A stretch of DNA of 64,000 bases from Eledone cirrhosa. Its lineage: Eukaryota. Made by a program: the position numbers and the translations under genes. Under the pieces are notes generated by a model, which was given only the letters and a program-made list of their open reading frames with translations, was not told the DNA's origin and ran no database searches. Positions 1 to 14,979 of the stretch are shown here, in pieces. The DNA is taken from NCBI GenBank assembly GCA_964016885.1, contig OZ024740.1, forward strand, positions 345,402,001-345,466,000, written 5' to 3'. The stretch's first letter is position 1, and the number at the start of each line of letters is the position of its first letter.

Positions 1-149
1 GGATACATCCCAGTGATCCACATTAGTAATATATAGCCTATTTTAATTTGTGTCATAAAATAGTGTGTGTATGGATCAATAAAATATATGGTATGGTTTG
101 CGTAGATGCACCATTTGCATTCATACAGAAAGACTTGTAATGTATACAG

Positions 150-1500
150 AGACGTGGACATGGTACAGTGCACTAACATGGGCCTGATAAAATGTTCTGA
201 CGCTGATAAAGGTTAAAAGCATGGACATATTACATTGTATAAAGAGTTACATATTTCTGTGCAAAACTTAACACATTTTACTTTATACAGACGTGTATTT
301 GTTAGAGCCGAAGAGCAGTTACAGTGCATAGATGTTGGTATGTTAAAGTGGACAAACGAATGCATGTTACACTCTGCAAACACACATGATAAATTGTACA
401 TGCACGGATATGTTACACTCTGCAACCATTCATATGTTACAGTGTACAGATAGGGACCTGTTACACTGCAACCATATATATGATGCAGTGTACAGATATT
501 CTCAAGATATATTACACTGCATATGCATCATAGAATGTACTTTTCAGAAAATATTACACTGTGCAACCATATACATGCTACAGTGTACATACCGGGATTG
601 GACCTGTTACACTGTGAAACGAAATATATATTCTAGTGTGCAAACATGGCCGTGTTACAATATGCAAATATACACATGTTACAGTGTATATACTTGGGCA
701 TATACAACTGTGGAACTATACATATATGACAATTATACAAACTTCCCGTTGTTGTAATATGCAGACATGGAATTGTTTCAGTGTTTAAAAGAGAAATGTT
801 GAACCGAATAAAGAAACGAAACTGTTGTAGTGTAAATGACTATACATATTATAGAGTATTCAGAAAACAAAGACCTACTATAAAATGAACAGTTTTGTCT
901 CACGTAATTCAGGTATGTCGGTTATACTGTTAAGGTGTTATGTAGTTATGCAATAGATACGTTGGATACAGATACAATGTAAAGCCTTGTTACACTGTTG
1001 AGACATCGCTGGACTATAGATACATAGTTGTACTGATTGTAAATTACATTGTTAAACACTGTTACAATATTGTAATTCTTAAATATATTAGATATATTAT
1101 AGCATTTTAAAGAGCCAGTTACAGTGTGATGTGACAACTATACTCGGGTATACTATTACACAGTAAAAGTACTGTTGCATTATAGAGACAGGTTTTTACA
1201 GTGTAAATATATGTTATAGTCGAGAGATACATACACAGGTGATATATTACACTATAAAGACTGTTACATTCTAGAGTGGGTTCTATCAGCGTACACATAC
1301 TGTTAAAGTGTACAGGCGCTATTACACTGTAGATTAACACTAATCGATTATACTAAACTCTAGAGACATCAATTATAGTTCACGAGCTCACGGACAAAAT
1401 CTCAATTGTTGTATAGAGACAGAGCAAGATATTGTATTGAGCACAAAGAGAGTGTTACATTGTGCATAAGTAGAAGTGCTATAAAATATAGGTGCATCTG
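150..1500. repeat. Degenerate minisatellite-like region built from TGTTACA(C/G)TG(T/C)A motifs
   Basis: gttacact / gttacagtgtaca / tacactg motifs recur roughly every 20-25 bp. The ORFs here (235..453, 386..757) are repetitive and family-less. Confidence 0.5.
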
Positions 1501-1789
1501 CTATACTTAAATATCATTACATCTTTTCTGTAGTGCTCCTGTTTAATTTCACATTTCAGACATCATTAAAAGAGACAAAACATACCACAGACACACTCGC
1601 AGAAATGCATGCTCCCACACATACAGAGACATTTCTATGTGTTACGATTGTTTTACAGGTATTCAAATATACGACATCATGTTAGATGTGTTAAGTTTTG
1701 TATAAGAGAGATTTGACCACAAGCATATTAATAAGCATGTTAATTGACGACCACATATTAACTGTCACTGAAAGTCTTAATACACATGG

Positions 1790-1840
<51 letters not shown>

Positions 1841-2098
1841 CATGCATTGCATCATTACATATGTAAGTACATACATATATGCGTGTGTATTTGTAAAATC
1901 AGTATATCTGCATCGAAATATAGTTATAAAAATTTCAATTGATATCTGTCACTATCTATATCTTCCACTTTCTACTTGTTCTACATATATGTATGTATAT
2001 AGAAATATGTTTATATATATATATATATACATGTATGCATTTATATATATATATACATGTATGCATTTCATGTATATATGAGTGAATGGATGGATGGG

Positions 2099-2142
<44 letters not shown>

Positions 2143-2297
2143 AAAGAATAGAGGTGTAACACACAAGTTATTATATATTGGTAAACGGAATAGAAAATGC
2201 TGACAAATTGTTCACAGTTGAAAAATAGTTTAATTAGGAATAAAAGAGTATTAGTAATTGTATGGTTAGTATTCAGTTGTGGTTTTAAGTTTTTAAG

Positions 2298-2336
2298 TTT
2301 TTACCGGTTGCGCATTTCTAAATGCTTTTCAAAAAT
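2298..2336 (-). ncRNA. Degenerate hammerhead ribozyme, UUGAAAA-core family
   Basis: Minus strand reads uuu UUGAAAA gcauuu ag aaaugc GCAAC cg GUA aaa (GAAA mutated to GCAA). Homologous to 9398-9433, including the adjacent ttgagat.gagtgtc.gtg flank. Confidence 0.5.
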
Positions 2337-2396
2337 AATTTTGAGATAGAGTGTCCGTGTTGTTTGCTCTGATATATATATATATATATATATATA

Positions 2397-2597
2397 GGAA
2401 AAGGTATGACCCCGACGGCAGAGCTCAAGTCGTTTCGACGGCTATTTCTGGACTAATTTAGTCCAGAAATAGCCGTCGAAAGGGCTTGAGCTCTGCCGTC
2501 GGGGTCATACCTTTTCCTATTTCCTACTCTACTACCCTAAGTATTGAGTACTCTGGTGCGTTATGGTCCATCTGGTTCCTTACCACAATTCCTTCGT
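2397..2597. mobile_element. Penelope-like fold-back remnant, family A (about 60-bp inverted arms plus tail)
   Basis: Near-perfect palindrome about 2395-2520 centred on ggactaatttagtcc. Contains the hammerhead 3' half GAAAC-(g/a)c...gcc-GUC; tail ends ccttcgt|TA; flanked by (TA)n. Further copies at 16618, 37677, 52338 and 53078. Confidence 0.65.
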
Positions 2598-3252
2598 TAT
2601 ATATACAGAGAGAGCGAGAGAGATACCAGCTTACGAAGAAAGATGGAGACCAACTAATGACGATATTTTGAAATATAAGATATATCAAACATGATAAGGT
2701 TTATGTTTTAATCCCACGTAGACTGGGCATATATTTTGGCACGGTATGCACGATAAGACAAGTTCTAAAAAGTACGTGAAAACAGACGGACCATAGTTCA
2801 GCGCACATTACATAATACACACACACACACATCACACACGCAAATAAACTCTCTTACCCACACACATAAATAAAAAGACAGTTACACACACAGATAAACA
2901 CACATACACTCACACATAAACATATATGCACTCACACAAAGACATACAGTCACACAAACACATATATACACCCACACATCTCCATAGACTAACGCACACA
3001 CAGACACAATAAAGTTTAAAGTATTCAAATTCTAAAAAATACTCTTTCTGGATCGTTGTACGTAATTAGAATTTCTCTTTCTATCTCTATGACTCACTCT
3101 CCAACTTTTTCCCCCTTTCTCTCCCATTCTTCCACCCTCTCTCGCATATCTAGGAAATGCATTATATCATTTACATATTAATAAATATCATCGCAAACAC
3201 TCAAACGTACATATATGTGTGTTTGTGTACGTGTCAGTTCATACACACACGT

Positions 3253-3320
<68 letters not shown>

Positions 3321-3420
3321 ACACATATATATATATAATAAGTTGTATATATATATAGTGTTATATATGTGTGTGTATATGTATAGATATGTGTGTGTGT
3401 ATATGTATATATATATATAT

Positions 3421-3731
3421 CATCATCATCACCGTTTTACGTCCGTTCTTACACGCTAACATGGGTTAGACGGGTTGTCCTGTTGTAGGCAGTGTCTAGT
3501 CGGCTGACCTTGTCTTGCTCATACAGGAACTGATTCTGGCTTGATTTCTACAGCTGGATGCCCTTCCTAACACCAACCTCATTTAGAGTAGGTGCTGGGT
3601 GCTTTTTTGCCATGGCACTTCCACGACCACTTTGCAGTGGAATGATAGGGACCCCAGTCCTATCAGCTAATTTCTACAGCTGAGTAAACTGGAGCAATGT
3701 GAAATAAAGTGTCTTGCTCAAGCAAACAACA

Positions 3732-3735
<4 letters not shown>
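3421..3735 (-). mobile_element. Retroposon/SINE fragments ((CAT)n end, ggatgcccttcctaac motif; gtgtcttgctcaag CORE/V-like motif)
   Basis: Motifs recalled as typical of mollusc SINE/LINE tails. The aagtgtcttgctcaag motif recurs at about 58135 and, inverted, at about 51782. Confidence 0.45.
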
Positions 3736-3803
<68 letters not shown>

Positions 3804-3874
3804 ATATATATATATATGTATAAATACATGTATATATGTATATATACATATATATTATATATATATGTATATAC

Positions 3875-3932
<58 letters not shown>

Positions 3933-4184
3933 CACTGTATTATATATGCATATGTGGATGTAGGATATGGTATGTATATATATAGAAAAGTGCACTCACG
4001 AAGATTCACAGCATCGTTTTTAAATGGAAGAATTATAGCTTTGTCAAAGAGAATAAATACAGATGACAATAAAATTATCTACAACAACTATAATAACACT
4101 AACATAAAAAAAAACAAGAGCTTTAATGATGATAATGATAATGATGATGACGATGATGATGATAATAATAATAATAATAATAAT

Positions 4185-4243
4185 GATTTCATTTATTAGC
4201 CACAAGGGCCGACATGTCGGGGACAATACAAAGACAGTGGGGA
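4185..4243 (-). mobile_element. Extreme 3' tip of the Tx1-like LINE family, embedded in (ATT)n
   Basis: Minus strand tgtctttgtattgtcccc...gcccttgtggctaataaa(t)gaaatc matches the 3' end of 26219-27295. (AAT)n lies on both sides. Confidence 0.7.
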
Positions 4244-4262
4244 ATAATAATAATAGTAATAA

Positions 4263-4645
4263 TTGTTTCTAATTTAGGCACAAGGCCAGCAATTACCCAG
4301 TGCATTACTGGTACTTTATTTTATCGACCCCGTAAGGATAAAGGCAAAGTCAACCTCGGCGGGATTTGAACTCAGATCGTAAAGGGACGTAACTATGCTG
4401 GAAAGCATGGCGTCCGACCCTCTACCGATACTGCCAAGTAATAATAATAGTATTAATAATAATTGTTTCTACGTTAGGCACAAGGCCAGCAAATACCCAG
4501 TGCATTACTGGGACTTTATTTTATCGACCCCGTAAGGATGAAAGGCAAAGTTAACCTTGGCGGGATTTGAACTCGGAATGGCAAAAGCCGAAACTCTATA
4601 CGTAAAAGCATGGCGTCCGACCCTCTACCAATACTGCCAATCCAA
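4263..4645 (-). mobile_element. Two tandem copies of a tRNA-derived SINE
   Basis: Each copy is the reverse complement of 52411-52598 (B-box GAGTTCAAATCCC; ttcatccttacggggtcgataaaataaag; ggccttgtgcc tail). Confidence 0.85.
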
Positions 4646-5010
4646 TAATAATGAAGGCGACGACAACAGTGAGTTAGATTATAGAAGATGATGATGTTTA
4701 AATTTTGATAACAACCAATGATAATGGCTATAGACAGCATTATTAGCGCCTGTTCCTACTTGATATATTCTTATTGTAGTCACCATTTAGCTTATCAGAA
4801 CCACATACCTCCCCTGTTAACTAACACTGTGGGATCAAAGGAAACTTTGGTAACTCTCAAGTACACAATACACATCTCTTCATAAGATTTTCATGTCTGT
4901 CTCTTTTTTGTTTTTCTCTTTCTCTCTCTCCATCACTCAATCTCTCTCTTTCATAGCCACACACACTTACATATACATGTATACATATAATACATATATT
5001 TATAAGCATA

Positions 5011-5145
<135 letters not shown>

Positions 5146-5253
5146 GTATATATAAATAAATATATATAAATATATATATATATACATATATTAATAAGCA
5201 TATATGTATATATATATATATATATATGTGTATATATATATGTATGTATATAT

Positions 5254-5294
<41 letters not shown>

Positions 5295-5335
5295 TATATA
5301 TATAAATAATATAATATATATATATTATATATATA

Positions 5336-5374
<39 letters not shown>

Positions 5375-5382
5375 ATATATAT

Positions 5383-5416
<34 letters not shown>

Positions 5417-5509
5417 TATATTTATACATATATATATATAATATTATATTATTTATATATATATATATATGCTTATAAATATATGTATATATATATAAAT
5501 ATATGTAAA

Positions 5510-5542
<33 letters not shown>

Positions 5543-5557
5543 GTATATATTATATAT

Positions 5558-5590
<33 letters not shown>

Positions 5591-5727
5591 GTATGTGTAT
5601 ATATATATATATATGTATGTATATATATATATATATATGTATATATAAATAATATAATATATATTATATATATATATATGTATATATATATATGTATAGT
5701 AATAATAATAAATTATCTGTTATTTTA

Positions 5728-5781
<54 letters not shown>

Positions 5782-5784
5782 ATA

Positions 5785-5865
<81 letters not shown>

Positions 5866-5983
5866 TTTATATATATATATACATATATAACAAGTATACA
5901 CACACATATATATATATATATGTGTGTGTGTGTGTTTATACATGTTTATATGTACATCCGTGCATCGATAACTATATACATGC

Positions 5984-6009
<26 letters not shown>

Positions 6010-6016
<7 letters not shown>

Positions 6017-6085
6017 TAAGGAAATTATTGTGTACAGTGCTCAGGTGCACTACAACTCGTCAAAGGTGCAAGTATAGTACATAGC
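6010..6085 (-). mobile_element. Short retroposon 3' end with (ATT)n tail; second copy at 62911-63000 (+)
   Basis: ctatgtactatac.tgcacctttga.gagttgtagtgcacct...aataatttc is shared by both loci and followed by attattatt. Confidence 0.55.
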
Positions 6086-6302
6086 ATAAAATATGACATA
6101 CACTAACACTGACATATGTGTGTGTGTTTAGTATTAATAACATATGAAGATCTTCTCGTTTACATATTCTAATTGATGTGATGATAGTGGAGATGTGTCT
6201 TGTAAGCAGTTGGATCATCTCAACTTTATTTTTTCCAAAATTCAACATAAGGGATTAAGGAATATATATAGTTATATGCATATAAGTATATATGCATATA
6301 AG

Positions 6303-6369
<67 letters not shown>

Positions 6370-6370
6370 T

Positions 6371-6403
<33 letters not shown>

Positions 6404-7250
6404 ACACACACTCATAAATATATATAGATGTGTGTGTGTGTGTGTAAACATACATATGCATGAGTATGAGTTGCTCATCTTCTCTCAACTCTAAGACCCA
6501 AAACATATCATGGAGGTGTAGGGGCCCGCATACGGCGTTAGTTGAGCAATTAATACTGGCGGATCCCAACTCCTATCCATGTATAAGTAGATTTCTTCCT
6601 GAGAAGGATACTGAGTGAGAGATAGAGGAAGTGAAACCAGGATATAGAGGGGAAATCTGCCCATGTCTAGGAAGGTTGACCTCATAGGCATTTGAACTCA
6701 GACAGCAAAGAGAAAGAATGGATACCGAAAAGGATTCTATCCGCTTTCGTCGCCCGTTTCTTTAAAATATTAATATTTTGCATAGGAAATTTCATTGAAA
6801 ATTACATAGCAAATGATATCGAGAATACATTATGAATTGCATATAGATATAATGTTATAAACATAAAGTTGCATATAATTTGAAATAAATACTATATTTA
6901 AGGTATTGCATAATACAGTAGAAGCAAGCATGTTGAATTATTGTAGCGCATTTAATAGCTAAAATACATGGTATTCACATATATATATGAACATTAAAAA
7001 ACTTTCAATAAAATCGGATAGATAAAATTAATAAAGATATACTACAGGAACTAAAAGGGAATGTATTATTTCATTATCGTAATGGTTTCATTATAATGGG
7101 GCACCTCATTACAGGATATATTTGGTCAATCACATTGATGCACGCACATTTTTTACTCGAGTCTGTTATCTAATTTATTTATCTCAATTTTGGAAGCCGT
7201 ACATTGTTGACATAAACGAAGAGTAAACATAAACGTACACACACACACAC

Positions 7251-7337
<87 letters not shown>

Positions 7338-7497
7338 CATAAATGTGAATGCATGTATGCATGTGTGTGTGTGCATATACAAGCAGGAGTGGAAATGCAT
7401 GTGAATATATGCATCGATATGTCTAATTATCTACTATCTGTAGTTCATAAGTACCTACTTACAGATGCAAGTGTGCGTGGAGGTGAATATGGCATAC

Positions 7498-7567
<70 letters not shown>

Positions 7568-7602
7568 ATATGTATATATATATGTGTGTACATGTGTATA
7601 TG

Positions 7603-7689
<87 letters not shown>

Positions 7690-8094
7690 TGAGTAATATT
7701 GAGTGATGTTGCTGTTGTTGCAATTTTCTGACCAAGGCTGGTTTCTATTTAATGTTTCAAAGGGTAGTTTATGAGATATGTGCCAAACGTGGAAACAATA
7801 TTAACTTATTTAGCATAGTGATTGGGGGAGAGCAAATATTTTGTCATGCAACACATTGTATATAATGGGCAAGAATAAAGACATGAATCTGCGTATATGA
7901 CCGTAGTCAAGTATGTATGCATGCTTGCCTGTATGTATGCATTCATACATGTATGTACGTATGTTTGTAATATGTGTGTATGTATGCTTTATGTATGTAT
8001 GCATGTACGCATGTATGTATGTATGTATCCATATATATATATACATGCTTACATATATGATTTCATGCATACTTACATGCTTGCATGCAGGCAT

Positions 8095-8187
<93 letters not shown>

Positions 8188-8264
8188 CATATATGCAGGC
8201 ATATATATATAGGCATATATGCAGGCATATATCATAGTCTATAATATATATATATATATATATA

Positions 8265-8299
<35 letters not shown>

Positions 8300-8393
8300 G
8301 TGGAACACTGGAAGGTAATATCCGTAGTGGTAGAGCACTGAGTCCAAGGGACGAGTTAGGTAGAAGTGGTTACACAACAGTTAGTTCACAATA

Positions 8394-8433
8394 CCGAGAA
8401 CAATTGTTTCACCTTCGCGGATCTTCAGCTCGG
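8394..8433 (-). ncRNA. Minimal type I hammerhead ribozyme
   Basis: CCGAG CUGAAGA ucc gcgaa ggu GAAAC aauu GUU CUCGG: 5-bp stem I, conserved core, palindromic stem III (ACAAUUGU). Confidence 0.75.
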
Positions 8434-8488
8434 GATGTGTATGGTTATAGAAACAGGAAGGACAACCGTTCATATAACCATACACATC

Positions 8489-8528
8489 TCGAGCTGAAGA
8501 TCCGCGAAGGTGAAACAATTGTTCTCGG
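8489..8528 (+). ncRNA. Minimal type I hammerhead ribozyme (mirror arm)
   Basis: UCGAG CUGAAGA(8494-8500) uccgcgaaggu GAAAC aauu GUU CUCGG. Confidence 0.75.
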
Positions 8529-8556
8529 TATTGTGAACTAACTGTTGTGTAACCAC

Positions 8557-8603
<47 letters not shown>

Positions 8604-8607
8604 CCAC

Positions 8608-8671
<64 letters not shown>

Positions 8672-9198
8672 TTATACATATTTATATATTCATATGCATA
8701 CACATATACATGCATATATGTGTGTCTATGTGTGTGTGTGTGTGCGTGCATTTAACTATCTGCCAATCTATTTATCTATCTATACTCACACACACACATT
8801 ACACATGCATACTATTATATATGAATAGTTAACTCTAATGGTGAATCATAAATCTCAGGATCAAAGATATAAATGTGTGCTGGTGGTTATTACTAGTGTG
8901 CGTCGGGGGTTTCCCGTATGTGTGTGGATATCTCTGACACTTCTTTACGCAGTTGAAAAGAATCATTTTTTTAGATATTTTCACAGACACAAAAGCACAC
9001 ATGTAGCCACAAATGAATACATATGCAAAATTCGTCCCAAATATATATGTGTGTATGTCCTTGTCTGCGTATGTGATTATATATATATATATATACAAAA
9101 AATATATATGTATGTATAAATATATTTATGTATTTTATATATATTATATACATACATGAGTATATGTATATATATATATATATACTATATATATATAT

Positions 9199-9239
<41 letters not shown>

Positions 9240-9397
9240 ATATATATATATATATAATATTAGAAAGTGAGTTTTCTTTTTCAAAATGAAAAATAACCGT
9301 GGTGTCCTACACGAGTGAAAGTATAAAGAACAAAAGATGAAATCGAAAATACAACTGGAGTCTTATTTTTAAAGAAATATATATATTTATTTGGTTC

Positions 9398-9433
9398 CTT
9401 TACCGGTTTCGCAGTTCTTCTGCTTTTCAAAAG
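9398..9433 (-). ncRNA. Minimal hammerhead ribozyme with U3-A8 variant core
   Basis: cuu UUGAAAA gcag aagaa cugc GAAAC cg GUA aag, followed by AAUAAA. Stems I, II and a palindromic III all form. Confidence 0.65.
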
Positions 9434-9465
9434 TAGAGTTGAGATGGAGTGTCTGTGGTTTTTCT

Positions 9466-9510
<45 letters not shown>

Positions 9511-10124
9511 TTATTAAAATAACAGATTAACGTTTAATAACAGATTAAAGTTTAAGCAAAGAATCGCATTATTATTATTATTACTATATATATATTTATA
9601 TATATTTATATATATATATATATTTATATATATATAAGTATGTATACGTACATACATAGTACGTATACATGTTTATATTTAAGTAACAGCCGTACTAAGA
9701 GTGAGTGAGAAATGAAATTTCGTTTCATTTTATTCCATTTATATATATATATATTTATATATATATATGAGTGTCTGCGTATATATATATATATATGTAC
9801 ATATATATATATGTGTGTTTATATATATATTTAATATTTATATGTATGTAAGCATATATATCTATATATCTATATCTATATATATATGTGTGTGTGTTTG
9901 TGTGTTTGTGTGTGTGTGTGTGTTTGTGCGATGATTATAACAGGCATACCACCATACACAATATTGCCCTGACAGTGTTTGCCATCTGTCAATAATTACG
10001 ATATGTTAAGATTTCAAAGACAGGTTATTCATAGTTTTCAATAGTAGAACAATATTTATAATGCTTTTATATGCATACGCTCACCTATGAGCACACACAC
10101 ACTCACGCTCTGAAACTCATACAC

Positions 10125-10198
<74 letters not shown>

Positions 10199-10199
10199 G

Positions 10200-10269
<70 letters not shown>

Positions 10270-10388
10270 CATACATGTCTATCCTCTAGCACAGTGTTTC
10301 GTCAAAAGTTTCGATGAAGTAAGTAACAATTCTGAAATATTTGATCTATAAAATCAAGCTGCTGCACCAGCATGGTCGCAATATTATG

Positions 10389-10449
<61 letters not shown>

Positions 10450-10508
10450 CATAAATTCATATATAACTATATATATACATATATATATATAAATAAACGA
10501 TATATATT

Positions 10509-10575
<67 letters not shown>

Positions 10576-10648
10576 GTATATGTATACACATATATATATA
10601 TACATATATCATATATTTGTATTGATATATATATATATATATATATAT

Positions 10649-10693
<45 letters not shown>

Positions 10694-10704
10694 AGCATAT
10701 ATAA

Positions 10705-10786
<82 letters not shown>

Positions 10787-11099
10787 GTATATATATATAC
10801 GTACATATATAAATATACACACACATACAAATACACACCAACACGCATATATGGTTAGAACTTGAATTTCTTTTATCATTCATTTCCAAGTACACATTAA
10901 CTCTTTGTCACTAGACGCAAATGTACATGTAGCAATACATAAATATGGACTGAAATAAAGAGACTCAGAGACACTCGTAGGTATAAATACAGTTACAGAT
11001 TACCTCATATAGTTAGGCGAGCGAGCGTTGACTCACATATACATGGAGAGTTAGAAGGAGAGATAGGGGAAGGTAGGTAGATAGATAGAGAGAGATATA

Positions 11100-11130
<31 letters not shown>

Positions 11131-11479
11131 GGGGGGGGGGAGTATGAGCTCCAAAGAAACATAAAAAGAGTATGTTGTGTCATTTCAATAAAGCATTGCT
11201 TTACATAAATGTCAATAAAATTTAAAAGAGATGTTGCTTTTATCGAATTGTTCACCTTCGGAATGATACAATAAATAGTAAAATTTTATAGATCATAATA
11301 TATATAACTTTTACAAACATTCTTTAAACACTGCCTTCCCCACAACATTATTCTACAAACATGAATGATAAAAAGATGTTTACACTAGCATGCACACACG
11401 AATATATATATATATATATATATATTTCATTTATATAAATATATATATATATATATATACCTGTATATCTATAACTATT

Positions 11480-11510
<31 letters not shown>

Positions 11511-11607
11511 CCTTGTGTACATTTCAAAAAATTATTTTGTATACATCTTAAACTATGTATCTAACTATATATTTATCACTCTACTCTTCTTACTCTCTCT
11601 AAATATA

Positions 11608-11682
<75 letters not shown>

Positions 11683-11821
11683 TTACATATATATATATAT
11701 TTATTTATATATATAAATATATAAATATCTATATATATATGTATATATATATATTTATATATGTATATATATATATGTGTATATATATATGTATGTATAT
11801 ATATGTGTGCATATATAAGTA

Positions 11822-11881
<60 letters not shown>

Positions 11882-11968
11882 TATATGTATATATGTATAT
11901 GTATATATGTATAAATATATATGTATATATGTATAAATATATATGTATATATTTATATGTATATATAT

Positions 11969-12065
<97 letters not shown>

Positions 12066-12177
12066 ATTCGGGCATATGAAAACTAAAAAAAAAAATATTC
12101 AATATTGGTTGAATAACTCGTTGCAATAAATTTGTTATTGGTGTTTTAACAGGAAATATACACCGGTAAAAACACGC

Positions 12178-12225
<48 letters not shown>

Positions 12226-12364
12226 GTGTGTGTGTATGTCTTCGTGTATGATTTTCTTACAGGAATCATTCAGGCAACTAAATGAATGATTCCTTTTGCA
12301 AACACACTGGCGCAAACACATGTGCAAATATACACACACATTTTATATGCATATATGTATGTAT

Positions 12365-12398
<34 letters not shown>

Positions 12399-12399
12399 C

Positions 12400-12514
<115 letters not shown>

Positions 12515-12735
12515 ATATACATATATATATATATATATATACATTTACACTTAATATATATATATAATAAAAGAAGAATAAGAAATAGATATATATGATC
12601 TACTAACATATGTCTTTGTTCCTGAATATTTTATTTACCATAGATTACTTTCACCAAAGTATATTTTCGTGTATTTAACTTAATATTTAACTGACTAATC
12701 AATAAATATTTTTGTAGATTTCATTGACATTTACA

Positions 12736-13035
12736 TTATCAAGCAGACACACACACACACATATTATTTTATTATATATTATATATAAATGTATACCAAA
12801 CTCATGTGTTGCACATATATGCTATATAGTTATCAAGCAGACACACACACACACACATATTATTTTATTATATATTATATATAAATGTATACCAAACTCA
12901 TGTGTTGCACATATATGCTATATAGTTATCAAGCAGACACACACACACACACATATTATTTTATTATATATTATATATAAATGTATACCAAACTCATGTG
13001 TTGCACAAACTCATGTGTTGCACATATATGATATA
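12736..13035. repeat. Three tandem copies of a 94-96 bp unit
   Basis: ttatcaagcagacacac...ccaaactcatgtgttgcaca starts at 12736, 12830 and 12926. Confidence 0.9.
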
Positions 13036-13117
13036 TAGAATAATTATTAATTAGTTACATGTATTTCATAATTTATATATTTTACTGTATGTAATTATAT
13101 GTGTACATTATAATAAT

Positions 13118-13260
13118 TGTTTCAAATTTGTCACAAGGCCGGCAATATCGAGGCAAAGGAAAAGTTGATTACATCATACTCAGTGCATTACTGGTACTTT
13201 ATCTTAGTGATTTCGTAAGTATGCATGGCATAGCTATACACGGCGGGAATTGCACACATG
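13118..13260 (-). mobile_element. Diverged copy of the tRNA-derived SINE
   Basis: cacaaggcc...cagtgcattactggtactttat...cggcgggaatt matches the SINE consensus in reverse. Confidence 0.6.
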
Positions 13261-13611
13261 AAACTGCATAAGCGAAATATTGTTGAACTAAATATACCAG
13301 AATTATGACCGCATCATATTAGAAACTAACATTTTTACATTAATTTACTTGAAATTTTTAAAATTATGTGTCCACAATGAAATATACAAAAAACATTTGA
13401 CTTAATTAACTTGTTTTCCAGGATATTAACTGTTTATGTGTAGGATGCATAAAAGTATTTTTTTTTTTAACCTAACATCTTTGTTTTCAGATTGTCCTAT
13501 CCCATAAACCATCATTCATTCTACTATATATTATAATAAATTTGTTTTCAATTAATTCTAATTAAAATCTCTTAAAGCAATTTTTAGAAATCACACCAAC
13601 ATACATGCATG

Positions 13612-13648
<37 letters not shown>

Positions 13649-13649
13649 G

Positions 13650-13764
<115 letters not shown>

Positions 13765-13767
13765 ACT

Positions 13768-13850
<83 letters not shown>

Positions 13851-13911
13851 ATATAGGCACACATATATATATATACATATATATATACATATATAAAAAT
13901 ATATGAATATG

Positions 13912-14005
<94 letters not shown>

Positions 14006-14665
14006 CATATATGAATATACACATATATACATATATGTATTTGTGTATGTGTGTGTGTGTGCTTGTTTGTGAGTGTGTATGCGTGTGAGTGTAGGATGGG
14101 GAATACATAAAGTGATTATATGAATATATAATGCAAGTTATCCAAAGGGTCGATTTATAGTTGAAAGTAAAATCAACATGTTTTGAAAGCACATTCAATA
14201 AATGTTAATCTTAGATAGCCTTTATACAGAAAAGGCATGTGTGAATATATGTATGTATAACCCCCAACAAACACACACAAACACAGACACACCCAGCCAC
14301 ACACACACACATGTGATTAAACGTGTATAAATACGTGCATATATACATATGCATATATATACCTATAGAGGTAGATAGATAGTGAGAGGGAGGCTGTTAT
14401 CTCTTGCTCTTTGTGGTTAATGGGTTTTTCTGCAGATACTATGGAAAAACCAAAATTTTTATGTTTGTATGTGTGTATATATATCTGTGTTTGTGCGTGT
14501 ATCCGCGTTCATATGCGTATGTGTGTGAGTGTAAAGACAAATTCCTCTCCATAATCTATCACCTATTTTTAATGTGAGTTCCAAATCATATTGTCACAAA
14601 GATAATTAGTAAAGTATCGGAGTATTATACATTTGCTGTTTGATTAATTATGTACAATATATATG

Positions 14666-14790
<125 letters not shown>

Positions 14791-14844
14791 ATTTAAAACT
14801 GCACTATCCACAAGTGTTTTTTAGCCTTCATATCATGTTCTCCT

Positions 14845-14913
14845 GTTTTATCTGATGAAAACACAAATATTATTGCATGATGATGTTTGTTTTTGAAATG
14901 CGCATAATAAAAT
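14845..14913 (+). ncRNA. Minimal type I hammerhead ribozyme
   Basis: GUUUUAU CUGAUGA(14852-58) aaacacaaauauua...ugauguuuguuuuu GAAAU gcgc AUA AUAAAAU: 7-bp stem I, long stem II, palindromic stem III (AUGCGCAU). Confidence 0.75.
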
Positions 14914-14979
14914 ACATGGAACTCCTTTAACCATCTTTTGATCTTATATTATATATATATATATATATATAATAATAAT

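Larger units (their letters stand above)
8297..8560. mobile_element. Penelope-like fold-back remnant, family B
   Basis: Inverted arms 8362-8449 and 8474-8560, plus an unpaired extension of about 65 bp at 8297-8361. Each arm carries a hammerhead. Confidence 0.75.

Noticed and set aside
12724-13038. Repeat array as CRISPR or a repeat protein
   Set aside because: Whole units are duplicated with no unique spacers; eukaryotic context; no cas genes.
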